DNA of 64,000 bases, taken from assembly GCA_963827235.1 (NCBI GenBank), contig CAWHAE010000019.1, positions 96,001-160,000 on the forward strand. Reading direction: 5' to 3'. Shown here piece after piece: positions 9,949-20,208 of the stretch; positions within the stretch are counted from its first letter, which is position 1, and the number at the start of each line of letters is the position of its first letter. The translations under genes and the position numbers were made by a program. The notes under the pieces are model-generated. The model had not been told where the DNA came from and searched no databases. It saw only the letters and a program-made list of their open reading frames with translations. Origin of the DNA: an uncultured bacterium (GTDB lineage: Bacteria; Chloroflexota; UBA5177; JANWHV01).

Positions 9949-11601
9949 ATGATGGCTCGCCACGCCACGCTCGTTCCGTTCATTTCCATCGCGCTCTCGG
10001 CGGGCGACGTGCGACCGCTCTACCGGCAGCTCTACGATGTCCTGCGAGCTGCGATTCTCGACCAGCGCCTACCGGTAGGAGGCCGGCTGCCCTCGACGCG
10101 CGTCCTGGCAGAACAGCTCCACGTCTCGCGATTCACCGTGGCGGCGGCGTTTGAGCAGCTTCTGGCAGAGGGATTCATTCGTGGCGAACTGGGCTCGGGT
10201 ACCTATGTGAGCGGCGGCCCGATCACGGCGCTCGGGTCACGGCTGCCCGTGCTGCGGCGTACCGGGCCGCCGCCCCGGCTGTCGCAGCGTGGCGAGCTCA
10301 TGGCCTCGACTCGTATATCTACCGGGGAAAGCGCCGCCGGCCCACGGGCGTTCAGTCCCGGCCAGCCGGCGCTCGACTACTTCCCAGCCACGGAGTGGGC
10401 GCGTATCGCCGGCAGGGTGTTGCGCCATCCGCCGCCCGAGCTCCTGGCGTACGGCGACGCGCGCGGCTACCGGCCGCTGCGCGAGGCTATCGCGTCCTAC
10501 CTGCGCGTCGCGCGCGGTGTCGACTGCGATCCCGACCAGGTGTTTGTCGTCTCCGGATCGCAGCAGGCGCTCGACCTGGCGGCGCGACTGCTGCTAGACC
10601 CCGGCGACGCGGCATGGATCGAAGATCCCGGTTACCTGGGCGCCCGCGCCGCCCTGCAGGGAGCCGGGGCGGTGCTCGTGCCCGTGCCGGTCGACGAGGA
10701 GGGCTTCGACGTCGCTCGGGCGGTACAGCGCCTGCCCGAAGCCCGCTTGGCCTACGTCACGCCTTCTTATCAATATCCGTTGGGTGTGACCATGAGTCTT
10801 TCCCGCAGGCTGGCACTGCTGGACTGGGCGCGTGGCACAGGCGGCTGGGTGTTGGAGGACGACTACGACAGCGAGTTCCGCTACAGCGGCCACCCGCTCG
10901 CCGCGCTCGCCGGCCTCGACAGTGCCGGCCACGTGATCTACATGGGTACCTTCTCCAAGGTGTTGTTTCCCTCGTTGCGCCTCGGATACCTGGTGGTGCC
11001 CGAGTGGGCCGTGGACGCGTTCGCGCATGCGCGCGCCTCGACCGGTAGGCACGCGCCGACGTTGGACCAGGCCGTGCTGGCCGAGTTCATTGCCGAGGGC
11101 CACTTCGCGCGCCACATTCGGAACATGCGCGTTCTCTACCACGAGAGGCAACATGCGTTCCTGGCCAGCGCTTCGTCCATCCTGGACGGGCTGCTGGATG
11201 TCAGGCCGAGCTGCGCGGGCATGCACCTGGTCGGCTGGCTGGCGCCGTTTCTGGACGACCGGCAGGTCTCCACGCGCGCCGCCGAGGCCGGCATCGACGT
11301 GCGGCCGATCCGGGCACACGCCCTGGATCGCGACCTGCCACCGGGTCTGTTGCTGGGCTACACGGCGCTTGGAGCACAGGAAGCGCACGACGGGCTGGAG
11401 GCGCTGGCGCGCGTGCTCGAGCTGCCCCAGTTCCTGCCGGAACGGGAAGGCACGGGGCGGGGCCCTGAACAGGCCCGGGGCGAGCGCGCGGCGGTTGACG
11501 GCGCCGGCGAATGTGATTATCGTGGGGTTGGCCGGCCCGGGCGGCCGACCGAGGTGAGCCTTCGAGGGATCGTGGGCGATAGGGACGGGGCGGCGACATG
11601 A
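9949..11601 (+). CDS. pdxR: MocR/GabR-family PLP-dependent regulator, divergent from pdxST
   Basis: GntR wHTH (RLPSTRVLAEQL) plus aminotransferase-like domain (EDDYDSEF, GTFSKVLFPSLRLG); the last ~50 aa look like an atypical extension. Confidence 0.9.
   Translation: MMARHATLVPFISIALSAGDVRPLYRQLYDVLRAAILDQRLPVGGRLPSTRVLAEQLHVSRFTVAAAFEQLLAEGFIRGELGSGTYVSGGPITALGSRLPVLRRTGPPPRLSQRGELMASTRISTGESAAGPRAFSPGQPALDYFPATEWARIAGRVLRHPPPELLAYGDARGYRPLREAIASYLRVARGVDCDPDQVFVVSGSQQALDLAARLLLDPGDAAWIEDPGYLGARAALQGAGAVLVPVPVDEEGFDVARAVQRLPEARLAYVTPSYQYPLGVTMSLSRRLALLDWARGTGGWVLEDDYDSEFRYSGHPLAALAGLDSAGHVIYMGTFSKVLFPSLRLGYLVVPEWAVDAFAHARASTGRHAPTLDQAVLAEFIAEGHFARHIRNMRVLYHERQHAFLASASSILDGLLDVRPSCAGMHLVGWLAPFLDDRQVSTRAAEAGIDVRPIRAHALDRDLPPGLLLGYTALGAQEAHDGLEALARVLELPQFLPEREGTGRGPEQARGERAAVDGAGECDYRGVGRPGRPTEVSLRGIVGDRDGAAT
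11495..11523 (+). promoter_or_regulatory. Putative sigma70 promoter for the UroD-family gene, inside the 3' end of the pdxR ORF
   Basis: TTGACG-17bp-TATCGT. Confidence 0.45.
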
Positions 11602-12635
11602 ATGCGGTAGAACGCGTCGGTGCGGCTATTGCCTTGCGAGACCCCGACCGCGTGCCGGTGGACCTGCACAATTTCCAGCCAGCTGCCTATGCCTCCGGCT
11701 TGCCGATGTCAGAGGTCTTCCGCGACGGCGAGCTACTCGCCGGCGCCATGCTGCAGGCATGGCGAGAATATCATCACGACATGATTCTGCTGGAGAACGG
11801 CACGGCGTGCAGTGCGCAGGCTTGCGGCATGGAAGTGCACTACCGCGACGACACGGCGCCCGTGGCCGGCGAGCCCTTGCTGCGCTCGCTGGAAGACGTC
11901 GCCGGGCTGGAGGTGCCGGATCCCTACACGGCCTTCCCCATGTGCGAGATACTCAAGGCGACTCGCATTCTCTCTCGAGAGCTCGGCGATCGGGCGTGGA
12001 TCTGCGCGCGGGCCGACCAGGGTCCGATGGACCTTTCGGCAGAGCTGCGCGGGATGAGCGAGTTCATGGTGGACATCGCTACCGGGGAGAGCGAAGATCT
12101 CATCCATGCCCTGCTCGACTACGCCCGCCGCGTGGCTACGCGATACGCCTGCGCGCTGGTCGAGTGCGGCGGTCACTCGACCTCGATCGGCGAGCCCCTG
12201 GCGGGCCCATCCATGCTATCGCCGCGCCACTACCGCCGGTATCCCTGGCTCCACGAGCGGCGAATGGTCGACGAGCTCAAGCAGCTTGGCATCGTCCTCC
12301 ATCTGCACATCTGCGGCGACACCACGAAGATCACCAGCGACTTCATCGAGACCGGGGCGCAGGTACTGGAGATCGACCACAAGACGGACGCGCAGCACAT
12401 CAAGCAGGCGGCGCTGGGCAAGACCTGCCTGCTGGGCAACGTGGACACGAATTTGCTGGCGCGAGGTACGCCCGGCGAGGTGGAGGATGCCTGCCGCTCG
12501 CTGATAGAGATCTGCATGCCTGGCAGCGGCTTTATTCTGGGTCCCGGCTGCGCCCTGCCGCCCAACACGCCGGCTGCTAACATTCACGCGCTGGTCGAAG
12601 CGGCAGAGAAGTACGGATCGTACCGGCGGCAGTGA
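11598..12635 (+). CDS. UroD/MtaA-CmuA family protein (putative methylcobamide methyltransferase)
   Basis: PDRVP N-terminus, LHICG and GPGC zinc-ligand motifs. Confidence 0.85.
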   Translation: MNAVERVGAAIALRDPDRVPVDLHNFQPAAYASGLPMSEVFRDGELLAGAMLQAWREYHHDMILLENGTACSAQACGMEVHYRDDTAPVAGEPLLRSLEDVAGLEVPDPYTAFPMCEILKATRILSRELGDRAWICARADQGPMDLSAELRGMSEFMVDIATGESEDLIHALLDYARRVATRYACALVECGGHSTSIGEPLAGPSMLSPRHYRRYPWLHERRMVDELKQLGIVLHLHICGDTTKITSDFIETGAQVLEIDHKTDAQHIKQAALGKTCLLGNVDTNLLARGTPGEVEDACRSLIEICMPGSGFILGPGCALPPNTPAANIHALVEAAEKYGSYRRQ

Positions 12636-12864
12636 TCGCTCCGCCGGTCAGGTCGAAGACGGGCACCACCGCATTTCTGCAGTGACCCTGACCCTCCGAG
12701 CCGAGGAAGCGATTCCGTCGCCGGCCCGATGGGCGTCGCACCGTCTGCACCGGCGTGGCGCGACGGGGAAGCCGAGGAACCTGCACGCACCGCCGGCTCG
12801 CCGCTGGTCGGCCACGGCTGGCGCGGCCTCCTGGGGACCGGGAATCGACAGGGTTTTCCGGCCC

Positions 12865-12893
12865 TTGACACCGCACAGACGCTGACCTATGCT
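12865..12893 (+). promoter_or_regulatory. Putative sigma70 promoter
   Basis: TTGACA-17bp-TATGCT upstream of the methyltransferase/corrinoid pair. Confidence 0.6.
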
Positions 12894-13088
12894 CACCATG
12901 GCTCTGGTCCGGAGGTGATCGGATCTCCGGTCGCCCGGCGTGCGACGTTCTCCGGCGCTCTCCGTCTGCTCGTCCACGGCGCCACGCCGTGCGACGCGGC
13001 TGCGCTGCTGCCAGAACGGACGGCTGTGCGGACGCCGGATGGGGATCGAGAGTCGATTGGCGGCAGCGAGCCGAAGGAGGACCTTACC

Positions 13089-14360
13089 ATGGTGGCGTCC
13101 CGCGCGCGTGTAGAGCATGCCTTGCAGCACAAGGCGCCGGACATGGTGCCGCTCGACCTGGGCGGCAGCGCAGTGACCGGCATGCACGTGGACTCAGTGT
13201 ACAAGTTGCGCCAGGCCCTGCGTCTGGATCCAGCCGGCACGCCGGTCAAGGTGGTCGAGCCTTTCCAGTTGCTGGGCGAGATCGCGCCGGACCTCCTGGA
13301 CGCCCTTGGGGTCGACGTGGTGGGTCTGGGCCTTCCGGCCACGATGCTCGGTTTCCGCAACGAGGGCTGGAAGCCGTGGACGACTTTCGGAGGCACGCCG
13401 GTACTGGTGCCGGAGGGCTTCAACACGGTGCCCGAGGCAAACGGCGACCTGTTCGCCTATCCGGCGGGCGATACGTCGGTACCGCCCTGCGCCCGTATGC
13501 CGAAGGGCGGCTTCTACTTCGACGCCCTGACCCGCCAGGATCCGATCGACGACGATCGGCTGAACGTCGAGGACAACCTCGAGGAGTTCACTCCCATCTC
13601 CGACGCGGACCTGGCGCACCTCGGCCACGAGCTGGATCGCCTCTGGCCAACCGGGAGAGCGATTCTGGGCAACTTCGGCGGTACCGCGTTCGGCGACATC
13701 GCGCTGGTTCCGGGCATGAATCTGAAGCACCCCAAGGGTATTCGGGCCGTCGACGAGTGGTACATGAGCACCGCTCAGCGACAGGACTACGTGCGCGAGA
13801 TCTTCGACCGGCAGTGCGACATCGGGCTGCGTAATCTCGAGAAGATCCATCAAGTCGTGGGCGACCGGGTCACGGCAGTCTTCGTGACGGGCACCGACTT
13901 TGGCGCGCAGAACGGCCCCTTTATCTCGCCCAAGGCCTATCGGAGCCTCTTCAAGCCATTTCACGTCAAGGTGAACGAGTGGATTCACATGCACACCAGC
14001 TGGGGGAGCTTCATCCATTCCTGCGGCTCCATCTGGCGCCTGATGGACGATCTCGTGGATGCCGGCTTCGATTGCTTCAATCCCGTGCAAACCTCCGCGA
14101 CCGACATGGATCCGGTCGCCCTGAAGGCCAGATACGGGGATCGGATTACGTTCTGGGGCGGCGGCATCGACACCCAGCGCGTGCTCCCCTTCGGCACGCC
14201 GGACGACGTACGGGCAATGGTCAAGGATCGGATGCGGGTGCTGGGGGCCGGCGGCGGCTTTGTCTTCACCCCGATTCACAATGTGCAGGCCGGCATCCCG
14301 GTCGAGAATCTGCTGGCACTTTACGATTCGGTCAAAGAATATCGCGCGTATCCCGAGTGA
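13089..14360 (+). CDS. UroD-family putative methyltransferase
   Basis: GAAGGAGG RBS; PDMVPLDLG, DFGAQNGPFISP, IHSCG, FWGGGIDTQ, HNVQ motifs. Confidence 0.85.
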   Translation: MVASRARVEHALQHKAPDMVPLDLGGSAVTGMHVDSVYKLRQALRLDPAGTPVKVVEPFQLLGEIAPDLLDALGVDVVGLGLPATMLGFRNEGWKPWTTFGGTPVLVPEGFNTVPEANGDLFAYPAGDTSVPPCARMPKGGFYFDALTRQDPIDDDRLNVEDNLEEFTPISDADLAHLGHELDRLWPTGRAILGNFGGTAFGDIALVPGMNLKHPKGIRAVDEWYMSTAQRQDYVREIFDRQCDIGLRNLEKIHQVVGDRVTAVFVTGTDFGAQNGPFISPKAYRSLFKPFHVKVNEWIHMHTSWGSFIHSCGSIWRLMDDLVDAGFDCFNPVQTSATDMDPVALKARYGDRITFWGGGIDTQRVLPFGTPDDVRAMVKDRMRVLGAGGGFVFTPIHNVQAGIPVENLLALYDSVKEYRAYPE

Positions 14361-14397
14361 TTGAGTCAGACGGCATAGAGGCGAGGAGGAAGGTGTC

Positions 14398-15030
14398 GTG
14401 GGAGTGATCGAGGAGCTGCGCGAGGCCGTGGCGGAGGGACAGGCGAAGACGGCCGTGGCGCGGGTGACGGCCGGCCTGGCGGACGGCGTGCCGGCGGGCA
14501 CCTTGCTGCAGGACGGCCTGATCGCAGCCATGAAGCACGTGGGGCAGCTCTACGAAGAGGGCGAGATCTTCGTGCCGGAGATGCTGGTGGCGGCGCGGGC
14601 GATGGGCGCGGCGCTGGCCGTGCTCAAGCCGCAGCTGGTGAGCCAGGGCGTGCAGTCGGTCGGCAAGGTGGCGATAGGCACGGTGCAGGGCGACTTGCAC
14701 GATATCGGCAAGAACCTGGTCGCCATGATGCTGGAAGGCTCGGGCTACGAGATCGTGGACCTCGGCGTCGACGTGCCGGCGGAGAAATTCGTGCAGGCTA
14801 TCCGCGATGGAGCGAACGTGGTGGCGATGTCGGCTCTGCTGACCACGACCATGACGAACATGAAGACGATCATCGGAGCCATCGAGGCAGCTGGTCTGCG
14901 AAAGCAGGCGCGGATCATCGTGGGCGGGGCACCGATCACACAGGCATATGCGGAAGAGATCGGGGCGGACGGCTATGCTACCGACGCTTCGAGCGCCGTA
15001 CGCATGCTGACTGCCGTGCTCGCTGCCTGA
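14398..15030 (+). CDS. Corrinoid (cobalamin-binding) protein, MtbC/MttC-like
   Basis: FVPEML cap domain; GDLHDIGKNLV, SALLTTT, GGAP B12-binding motifs. Confidence 0.93.
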   Translation: MGVIEELREAVAEGQAKTAVARVTAGLADGVPAGTLLQDGLIAAMKHVGQLYEEGEIFVPEMLVAARAMGAALAVLKPQLVSQGVQSVGKVAIGTVQGDLHDIGKNLVAMMLEGSGYEIVDLGVDVPAEKFVQAIRDGANVVAMSALLTTTMTNMKTIIGAIEAAGLRKQARIIVGGAPITQAYAEEIGADGYATDASSAVRMLTAVLAA

Positions 15031-15046
15031 GCACGATCCCGACCGG

Positions 15047-16264
15047 CTAGCCTGCCGGGCAATCTTCGGCGAGCACAAGGGCCGAGGTTAAGGCTGCTCG
15101 GCGGGCTATCCGGCTCGTCGCGGCTGCCAGGATGACGAGGACGCCGATCACGGCAAAGGCAGAGTCGATGCCTACGCGATCGGCCAGACCGCCCAGCAGC
15201 AGCGGGGCAATACCGATTGCCGTCGCCGAGGCCAGTGTCGCCCTGGCACTTGCCTCGGCGCTTCTGCCCGGCGTCGTGCTCAGTGCCTGGGCGAGAGTCA
15301 GGGGATAGAGCGTGGCAATGCCGATACCCGTCACGAACAGCCCGACGAGGCGCACCGGTGTGATACCGATCAACCAGTACGCCGGGAAGCCGATGGCGGT
15401 CACCGCCAGGGCGGGAAGTATGAGCGCATCCGCCTTGAAAACGCGCGCAAGCCGGCTGCCTGCCATGCGCCCGAACACCATGGCGACCAGGAAGACGCTG
15501 ACTAGGGCCGCCGCCGTGTCCTTCTGCACACGAGCGACCGTGTGCAAGAAGTCCGCGGTCCAGAAGATGGTGGAGAACTCCAGCGAGATGCTGCAGACGA
15601 GCAGGAGCCAATAGGCCCAATAGGCCGGAGGGAGGGGAGCGCGCGCCAACGGCTTGACGGCGGCGACGGTAGCTTCGACAGGCGCCGCGAGTCCGTTGAA
15701 TTGCCGCGCGATGGGCACGAGCAGCAGGCCGCCGATCACGAAGGCCGTACGCCAACCTAGCTCGGTGTGTGCCAGGCCGCCGATCACCAGGGGAGCAAGC
15801 ACGGCGCAGGTACTCGACACCACATTTGCCTCGTTGAGAGCCACGGCGCTGAACGCGCCCTGCTCGTCGGCAAGGATCGCCGGCACGAGGACCAGTACGA
15901 GCGTGCCCAGGCTGCCCATCAGGAACGCTCCGCACAGCGTAAGGGCCACTGCTCGCCCTGCAACCAGCAGCACGCTGCCGGCTGCGAGGCCGCACAGACC
16001 GTATACCATCGCCTGGCGGCGGCCGCGGCGTCGAGTCAATGTGTCGCCGAACACGCCGGCGAAGAGCATGCCGAGCGCAAAGGCACTTGAATGCAGGCTA
16101 CCCTGCGCGTAGCTGAGGTGAAGGTCCGAGCGCAGGAACGGCATCACGGGACCGAGCCCGTTGAGGACGTAGCCGTAGTAGCCGAGGGCCAGATAGGCCA
16201 GCCATGTGCGTTGCGTGCGGATGAACGGCCGTCGTATGCCGGGCTCTCGTTCAGTGAAGCTCAC
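15047..16264 (-). CDS. MFS transporter
   Basis: Multiple hydrophobic segments; motif-A-like GDTLTRRRGRR and GGLADRVG. Confidence 0.85.
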   Translation of the reverse strand: MSFTEREPGIRRPFIRTQRTWLAYLALGYYGYVLNGLGPVMPFLRSDLHLSYAQGSLHSSAFALGMLFAGVFGDTLTRRRGRRQAMVYGLCGLAAGSVLLVAGRAVALTLCGAFLMGSLGTLVLVLVPAILADEQGAFSAVALNEANVVSSTCAVLAPLVIGGLAHTELGWRTAFVIGGLLLVPIARQFNGLAAPVEATVAAVKPLARAPLPPAYWAYWLLLVCSISLEFSTIFWTADFLHTVARVQKDTAAALVSVFLVAMVFGRMAGSRLARVFKADALILPALAVTAIGFPAYWLIGITPVRLVGLFVTGIGIATLYPLTLAQALSTTPGRSAEASARATLASATAIGIAPLLLGGLADRVGIDSAFAVIGVLVILAAATSRIARRAALTSALVLAEDCPAG

Positions 16265-16292
16265 CCCGTAAGCATAGCACCGCGCGGCGCCG

Positions 16293-17324
16293 CTACCGTG
16301 CCCAGTCCCGCTCGAATACCGACTCGAGCCGTTTGATGGCACTGTGGTCGGAGAGCAGAACGCCGAGCTCACGGTTGCGGTCCAGCGAGGCGGTGGAGAT
16401 GTTCTCGGAGCCGACGAACGCCATGGTGCCGTCGACGACGATGAGCTTGGCGTGGATATAGGGGCTCTTGAGCAGGTGGACCTGCACGCCGGCGCCGGTC
16501 AGCAGGGCAAGCCCTCTGGTATTGCTCGAATCGCCTTCGTTGCTGATCAGGCGGACCTGCGCGCTGCGCTTCTGGGCCGCGGCGAGCGCGTTCTCCACCG
16601 CGGCATCCTGCACCTCTTCCGCGTAGACGTCGATGCTGCGCTTGGCGCGACCGATCAGGGCGAGCAGATCCGCGCGGCTATTCACCGGGCTCAGCACGAG
16701 GTTCGGGTCGGTCGCCGAATAGGTTCGGTCGTTCCAGTCGGCCTCGAAGATCGCCCCGGCGGCCTGCACGTCGACGGCATCGCGGTCGATCACCCCGAAC
16801 TCGCGGTTTGTGCTGAACGCCGAGGCGGTGAAGTTCAGCGTGAGGATGTAGGCGGTCGTGCCGTCCACGATCATCGTCTTCTCGTGTGTGAGAGCGAAGC
16901 GCGATGGTGCCCAGTGCACCGGGATGTCGGCCGCCGTGAGCTGGTTGTAGGCGCTCTGATTCGCGCTTCTGCTCGACGCTCCCATGCCGTACGGGTTGCG
17001 TTCGAGGATCACTCTCACCTGCGCACCCTTGCCGTGGGCGTACTCCAGGTCATGGATGAGCGTGCGGTCGGTCAGGAGGTACATCGTAAGGTCCACGCTC
17101 TTGGATGCCGACCGAAGGGCTGCGGCAAGCTGCGCGCGCTTGTCGTCCGGCTCCGCGAACACTGCCGCGCTGGTCAGCCCGCCGGCGAGGGTCGAGGTCG
17201 TGGAGACGGTGGCAGTAGGAGACGGCGAGCTCGATTGCCCACCGCCGCAGCCGGCCACGAGAAGCATGGGAAACAGCACGATGGCAGCCGGCACGGGCCA
17301 GGGTCGCAGCCATGAACCTTTCAT
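16293..17324 (-). CDS. Phospholipase D / cardiolipin synthase-like lipoprotein
   Basis: Lipobox LVAGC; two HKD motifs (HEKTMIVD, HAKLIVVD...GSEN). Confidence 0.88.
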   Translation of the reverse strand: MKGSWLRPWPVPAAIVLFPMLLVAGCGGGQSSSPSPTATVSTTSTLAGGLTSAAVFAEPDDKRAQLAAALRSASKSVDLTMYLLTDRTLIHDLEYAHGKGAQVRVILERNPYGMGASSRSANQSAYNQLTAADIPVHWAPSRFALTHEKTMIVDGTTAYILTLNFTASAFSTNREFGVIDRDAVDVQAAGAIFEADWNDRTYSATDPNLVLSPVNSRADLLALIGRAKRSIDVYAEEVQDAAVENALAAAQKRSAQVRLISNEGDSSNTRGLALLTGAGVQVHLLKSPYIHAKLIVVDGTMAFVGSENISTASLDRNRELGVLLSDHSAIKRLESVFERDWAR

Positions 17325-17441
17325 GTCACCTCTCCAATTCTTCGGCACGCCCGCATGCACGTCTTCCTGGCCGGACGAAGCGCCCGTAGAGCTCGCACGC
17401 ACCCGTAGCATAGTGCTCGTTCAGCCCGTCATGCAAGGACC

Positions 17442-17471
17442 TTGATACCGTACCCGGGTATTGGATATACT
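17442..17471 (+). promoter_or_regulatory. Promoter with a CsoR/RcnR-family-type operator
   Basis: TTGATA-18bp-TATACT overlapping the inverted repeat ATACC-GTACCCG-GGTAT (17445-17461). Confidence 0.6.
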
Positions 17472-17559
17472 TGGGGCATCGCGGCGCGCTGACCGCGCCG
17501 GGTCGCGGTCCGGCAGGGAAATGCAGCCGGTAAGCGCGTGCGCAAGGAGGATGCTACGC

Positions 17560-18027
17560 ATGGGTGAGGTGGCGGTCACATGGGTTCAGGGATTGCAGTT
17601 CGTCGGTAGCGGCACGGGCGGCCATAGCATCGTGCTTGACGTGCCGGCCGGTCGATCGTCGTGGGACGGCTTCAAGCCGGGCGAGCTGTTGTTGGTGGCC
17701 GTGGGCGGCTGCACCGGCGTCGACGTGGTGGACATCCTGCGGAAGAAGCGGCAGCAGGTCACCAGCCTGAGAATCACCGTGACCGGCAGGCAACAAGAAG
17801 ACTTTCCGCATGCTTTCACGGAGATCGACATTCACTTTGCCGTGCGCGGCCGCGGCGTGAGCGTGGACGCCGTCCAGCGGGCGATCGAGCTGTCGCAGGA
17901 GAAGTATTGTTCGGTAGCCGCGACCGTGCGTGGGGTCGCCACTATTCATACCTCTTGCACGGTGGTGGACGAGGATCAGCCGCCGGAGCGCGAAGTCGGC
18001 GTACCGATCGACGTGGCGACGGTATGA
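17560..18027 (+). CDS. OsmC family protein (YhfA-like)
   Basis: AAGGAGG RBS; PGELLLVAVGGCTGVDV and KYCSV motifs. Confidence 0.9.
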   Translation: MGEVAVTWVQGLQFVGSGTGGHSIVLDVPAGRSSWDGFKPGELLLVAVGGCTGVDVVDILRKKRQQVTSLRITVTGRQQEDFPHAFTEIDIHFAVRGRGVSVDAVQRAIELSQEKYCSVAATVRGVATIHTSCTVVDEDQPPEREVGVPIDVATV

Positions 18028-18146
18028 CGGACTCGTCGAGAGCGCTCGACCCTCGGCGTGCACAGACAGGGCACTGCCCTGGAGATGCCTGATGCGGTCA
18101 GGCCGCCTTCGCAGGGTGCGGCACCTGCTGTCATGGGAGAATGGGT

Positions 18147-18413
18147 ATGCAGACTGAGATAGAAGGTGACGCGGCGCGCGACCTGCACGATCGCCTGGCA
18201 CGCATCGAGGGGCAGGTGCGCGGCCTGAGCAAGATGATCGACGATCACCGGCCCTGCGACGAGGTGCTCACGCAGGTGATGGCCGTACGGGCGGCGCTCG
18301 AGAAGATCGCCGCGGCCATTGTGTCCAGCAGCCTGGATAGCTGCCTGGCCTTGCCGCCCGACAAGGCACGCGAGGTGATCGGGCGAAGCATCAACATGCT
18401 GACGAGGGTCTAG
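18147..18413 (+). CDS. CsoR/RcnR-family repressor lacking the copper-ligand His (CstR-like)
   Basis: RLARIEGQVRG, CDEVLTQ, SLDSC. Confidence 0.88.
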   Translation: MQTEIEGDAARDLHDRLARIEGQVRGLSKMIDDHRPCDEVLTQVMAVRAALEKIAAAIVSSSLDSCLALPPDKAREVIGRSINMLTRV

Positions 18414-18450
18414 TCGGACGCCGCCGCGCTTCCGGCAGCCGGCATCAGGG

Positions 18451-18857
18451 TTACCTGAAAGAGCGGTGCCGGGACTCTTCTCGCTCCCATCGGGCGGCTC
18501 TGTGGCGGGCTCGAGCTTGGAGGCCTATTCGCGCATGAAGCATGGCGGCAAGAGTGATCAACGGCGCGTTGATCGCTACGATGTGCGCAGCCAGCCGGCC
18601 TGGCAGATAGAGGTCTGTGGCCGATCCCTTGTCGGCACCCAGCTGCTCCGCCCAGGTCGTCAGTGGGCATCGGCAGCCATGCGCGAGGAAGATCAAGCTC
18701 TCCGCGTCACGATGGTGGCTGCGACGCCGCTGCCGCGGTCCGAGCGTCCCCTGAGCCCTGCCCAAATGAGCGCACCGATGCTGGATTGGACGGCGAAGAA
18801 TATCGCCGAGTGTACGGCCTTGATTCCCGCCAATGCCGAGCGCCGGCAGACTGCCAT
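18451..18857 (-). pseudogene. Frameshifted membrane protein with CPLT motif
   Basis: IKAVHSAIFF...AATIVT continues in another frame as ESLIFLAHGCRCPLT...DLYLP; shift near 18705. Confidence 0.6.
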
Positions 18858-19077
18858 GGCCTGCTCACTTCGCGCGCAGAGCAAGATTCGACTCCTTCGT
18901 CCATCCCAGACGTAGCGTACTCCATCGCGCCGCCCGGCTGCGCGGCGATGCATCGCCGTTACCACCACAGATCGGGCCCGTAATCCGGCGCGCGTGCCGT
19001 GGAGCGGCAGCTGCTGGCGGTGCTCGGCCCATGGCGCGGGCGCCCGGCGGCGGAACAGGGCTATCGCCGGCCCACGC

Positions 19078-19872
19078 TTACGTGCCCGTCTGGCCGGCGT
19101 ACAGCAACAGGATGATGCCGTTGTTGCAGGCGTGCAGCAGAATCGTGGGCACCAGCGAGCCACTCCACTCGAAGACCAGCGCGAGCACGATGCCCATGAG
19201 CACGAATGGAATGAACATCACCACGCTCAGGTGCATGACCGCGAAGATGAGAGCGCTCGTGAGGACGGCAGTGCCGGCCGGCATGCTCTTGCGCAGCGCC
19301 TGATAGAGCACGCCGCGGAACAGGAGCTCCTCGCTGATCGGCGTGAGCAGCACGTTGGAAATGATCACCATCGCTTCGAGCACGGGTACGTGTGTCGCGT
19401 CGATAGTGGGGGTCGTCAGCACGCTCGGCCAATGCACCGTGCGGCCCCACACGGCAACGGCGCCGAGCAGCATGAGCACATAGCACAGGGTGAGGAGTGT
19501 GAATACGAAGGGCACTGCTACCAGCCACTGCCAGGAGACGGAGCGCATGCCAAGATGGCGCCAGCCACAGCGATAGCGGCGCACCACGACCACGTCGATC
19601 ATCCAGAGCAGGAACAGCGCGAATGCGGCCGAAACGAACGTGCCGAGTGCTGCACGGCTCTCCGAATCATCGAAGGCGCTGCCCTGCAGCTCGAAAACAC
19701 CCAGGCTCATGACCAGGGCGGCCAGGAGAAAGGCCATCCCGGCGCCCATGATGAATATGGCGTCGCGCACCTTCCACGTTGCCGGCGGCCGACGTGTGGC
19801 AGCCAGAACCGGCGTGCGCCCGCCCGACGCGAGTGGAACGGCGTGGCGCACACGCGGCCTAGTCACAGCCAT
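19078..19872 (-). CDS. CPBP (Abi/CAAX) intramembrane glutamic endopeptidase
   Basis: EELLFRG, FAVMH, HACNN motifs. Confidence 0.92.
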   Translation of the reverse strand: MAVTRPRVRHAVPLASGGRTPVLAATRRPPATWKVRDAIFIMGAGMAFLLAALVMSLGVFELQGSAFDDSESRAALGTFVSAAFALFLLWMIDVVVVRRYRCGWRHLGMRSVSWQWLVAVPFVFTLLTLCYVLMLLGAVAVWGRTVHWPSVLTTPTIDATHVPVLEAMVIISNVLLTPISEELLFRGVLYQALRKSMPAGTAVLTSALIFAVMHLSVVMFIPFVLMGIVLALVFEWSGSLVPTILLHACNNGIILLLYAGQTGT

Positions 19873-19936
19873 CGTCTCATCCGACCCTTACCGCGCCGCG
19901 ACCGCTAGGCCACGACGTGTGTGGCGCGGCAGGAAC

Positions 19937-20182
19937 CTACTCGCCGTGCTCTATGATATAGTCTACGGCGTCGCCGACAGTCTTGATTCCCTCGGCATCC
20001 TCGTCGGAGATCTCGAGCTTGAACTCCTCCTCAAGGGACATGATCAGCTCGACCAGGTCGAGCGAATCGGCATTGAGATCATCCTGGAAGCTGGCGTCGC
20101 GCGTGACCTTTGCTTCCTCCACGCCGAGTTGTTCGGCGATAATCGGGCGCAGCTTCTCCTCGATTGCCTGGGCATCTGACAC
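19937..20182 (-). CDS. acpP: Acyl carrier protein
   Basis: [12 protein letters not shown]; AGAAGGAG RBS before GTG. Confidence 0.96.
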   Translation of the reverse strand: MSDAQAIEEKLRPIIAEQLGVEEAKVTRDASFQDDLNADSLDLVELIMSLEEEFKLEISDEDAEGIKTVGDAVDYIIEHGE

Positions 20183-20208
20183 TGTATCTACTCCTTCTTG
20201 CAGTTGGT

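Noticed and set aside
12894-13088. Cobalamin riboswitch in the leader of the methyltransferase-corrinoid genes
   Set aside because: Only a GC-rich hairpin is seen; no recognisable B12-box or conserved core.
11598-14360. hemE (true uroporphyrinogen decarboxylase)
   Set aside because: No RQAGR motif; HxCG motifs and the adjacent corrinoid protein point to the methyltransferase branch.
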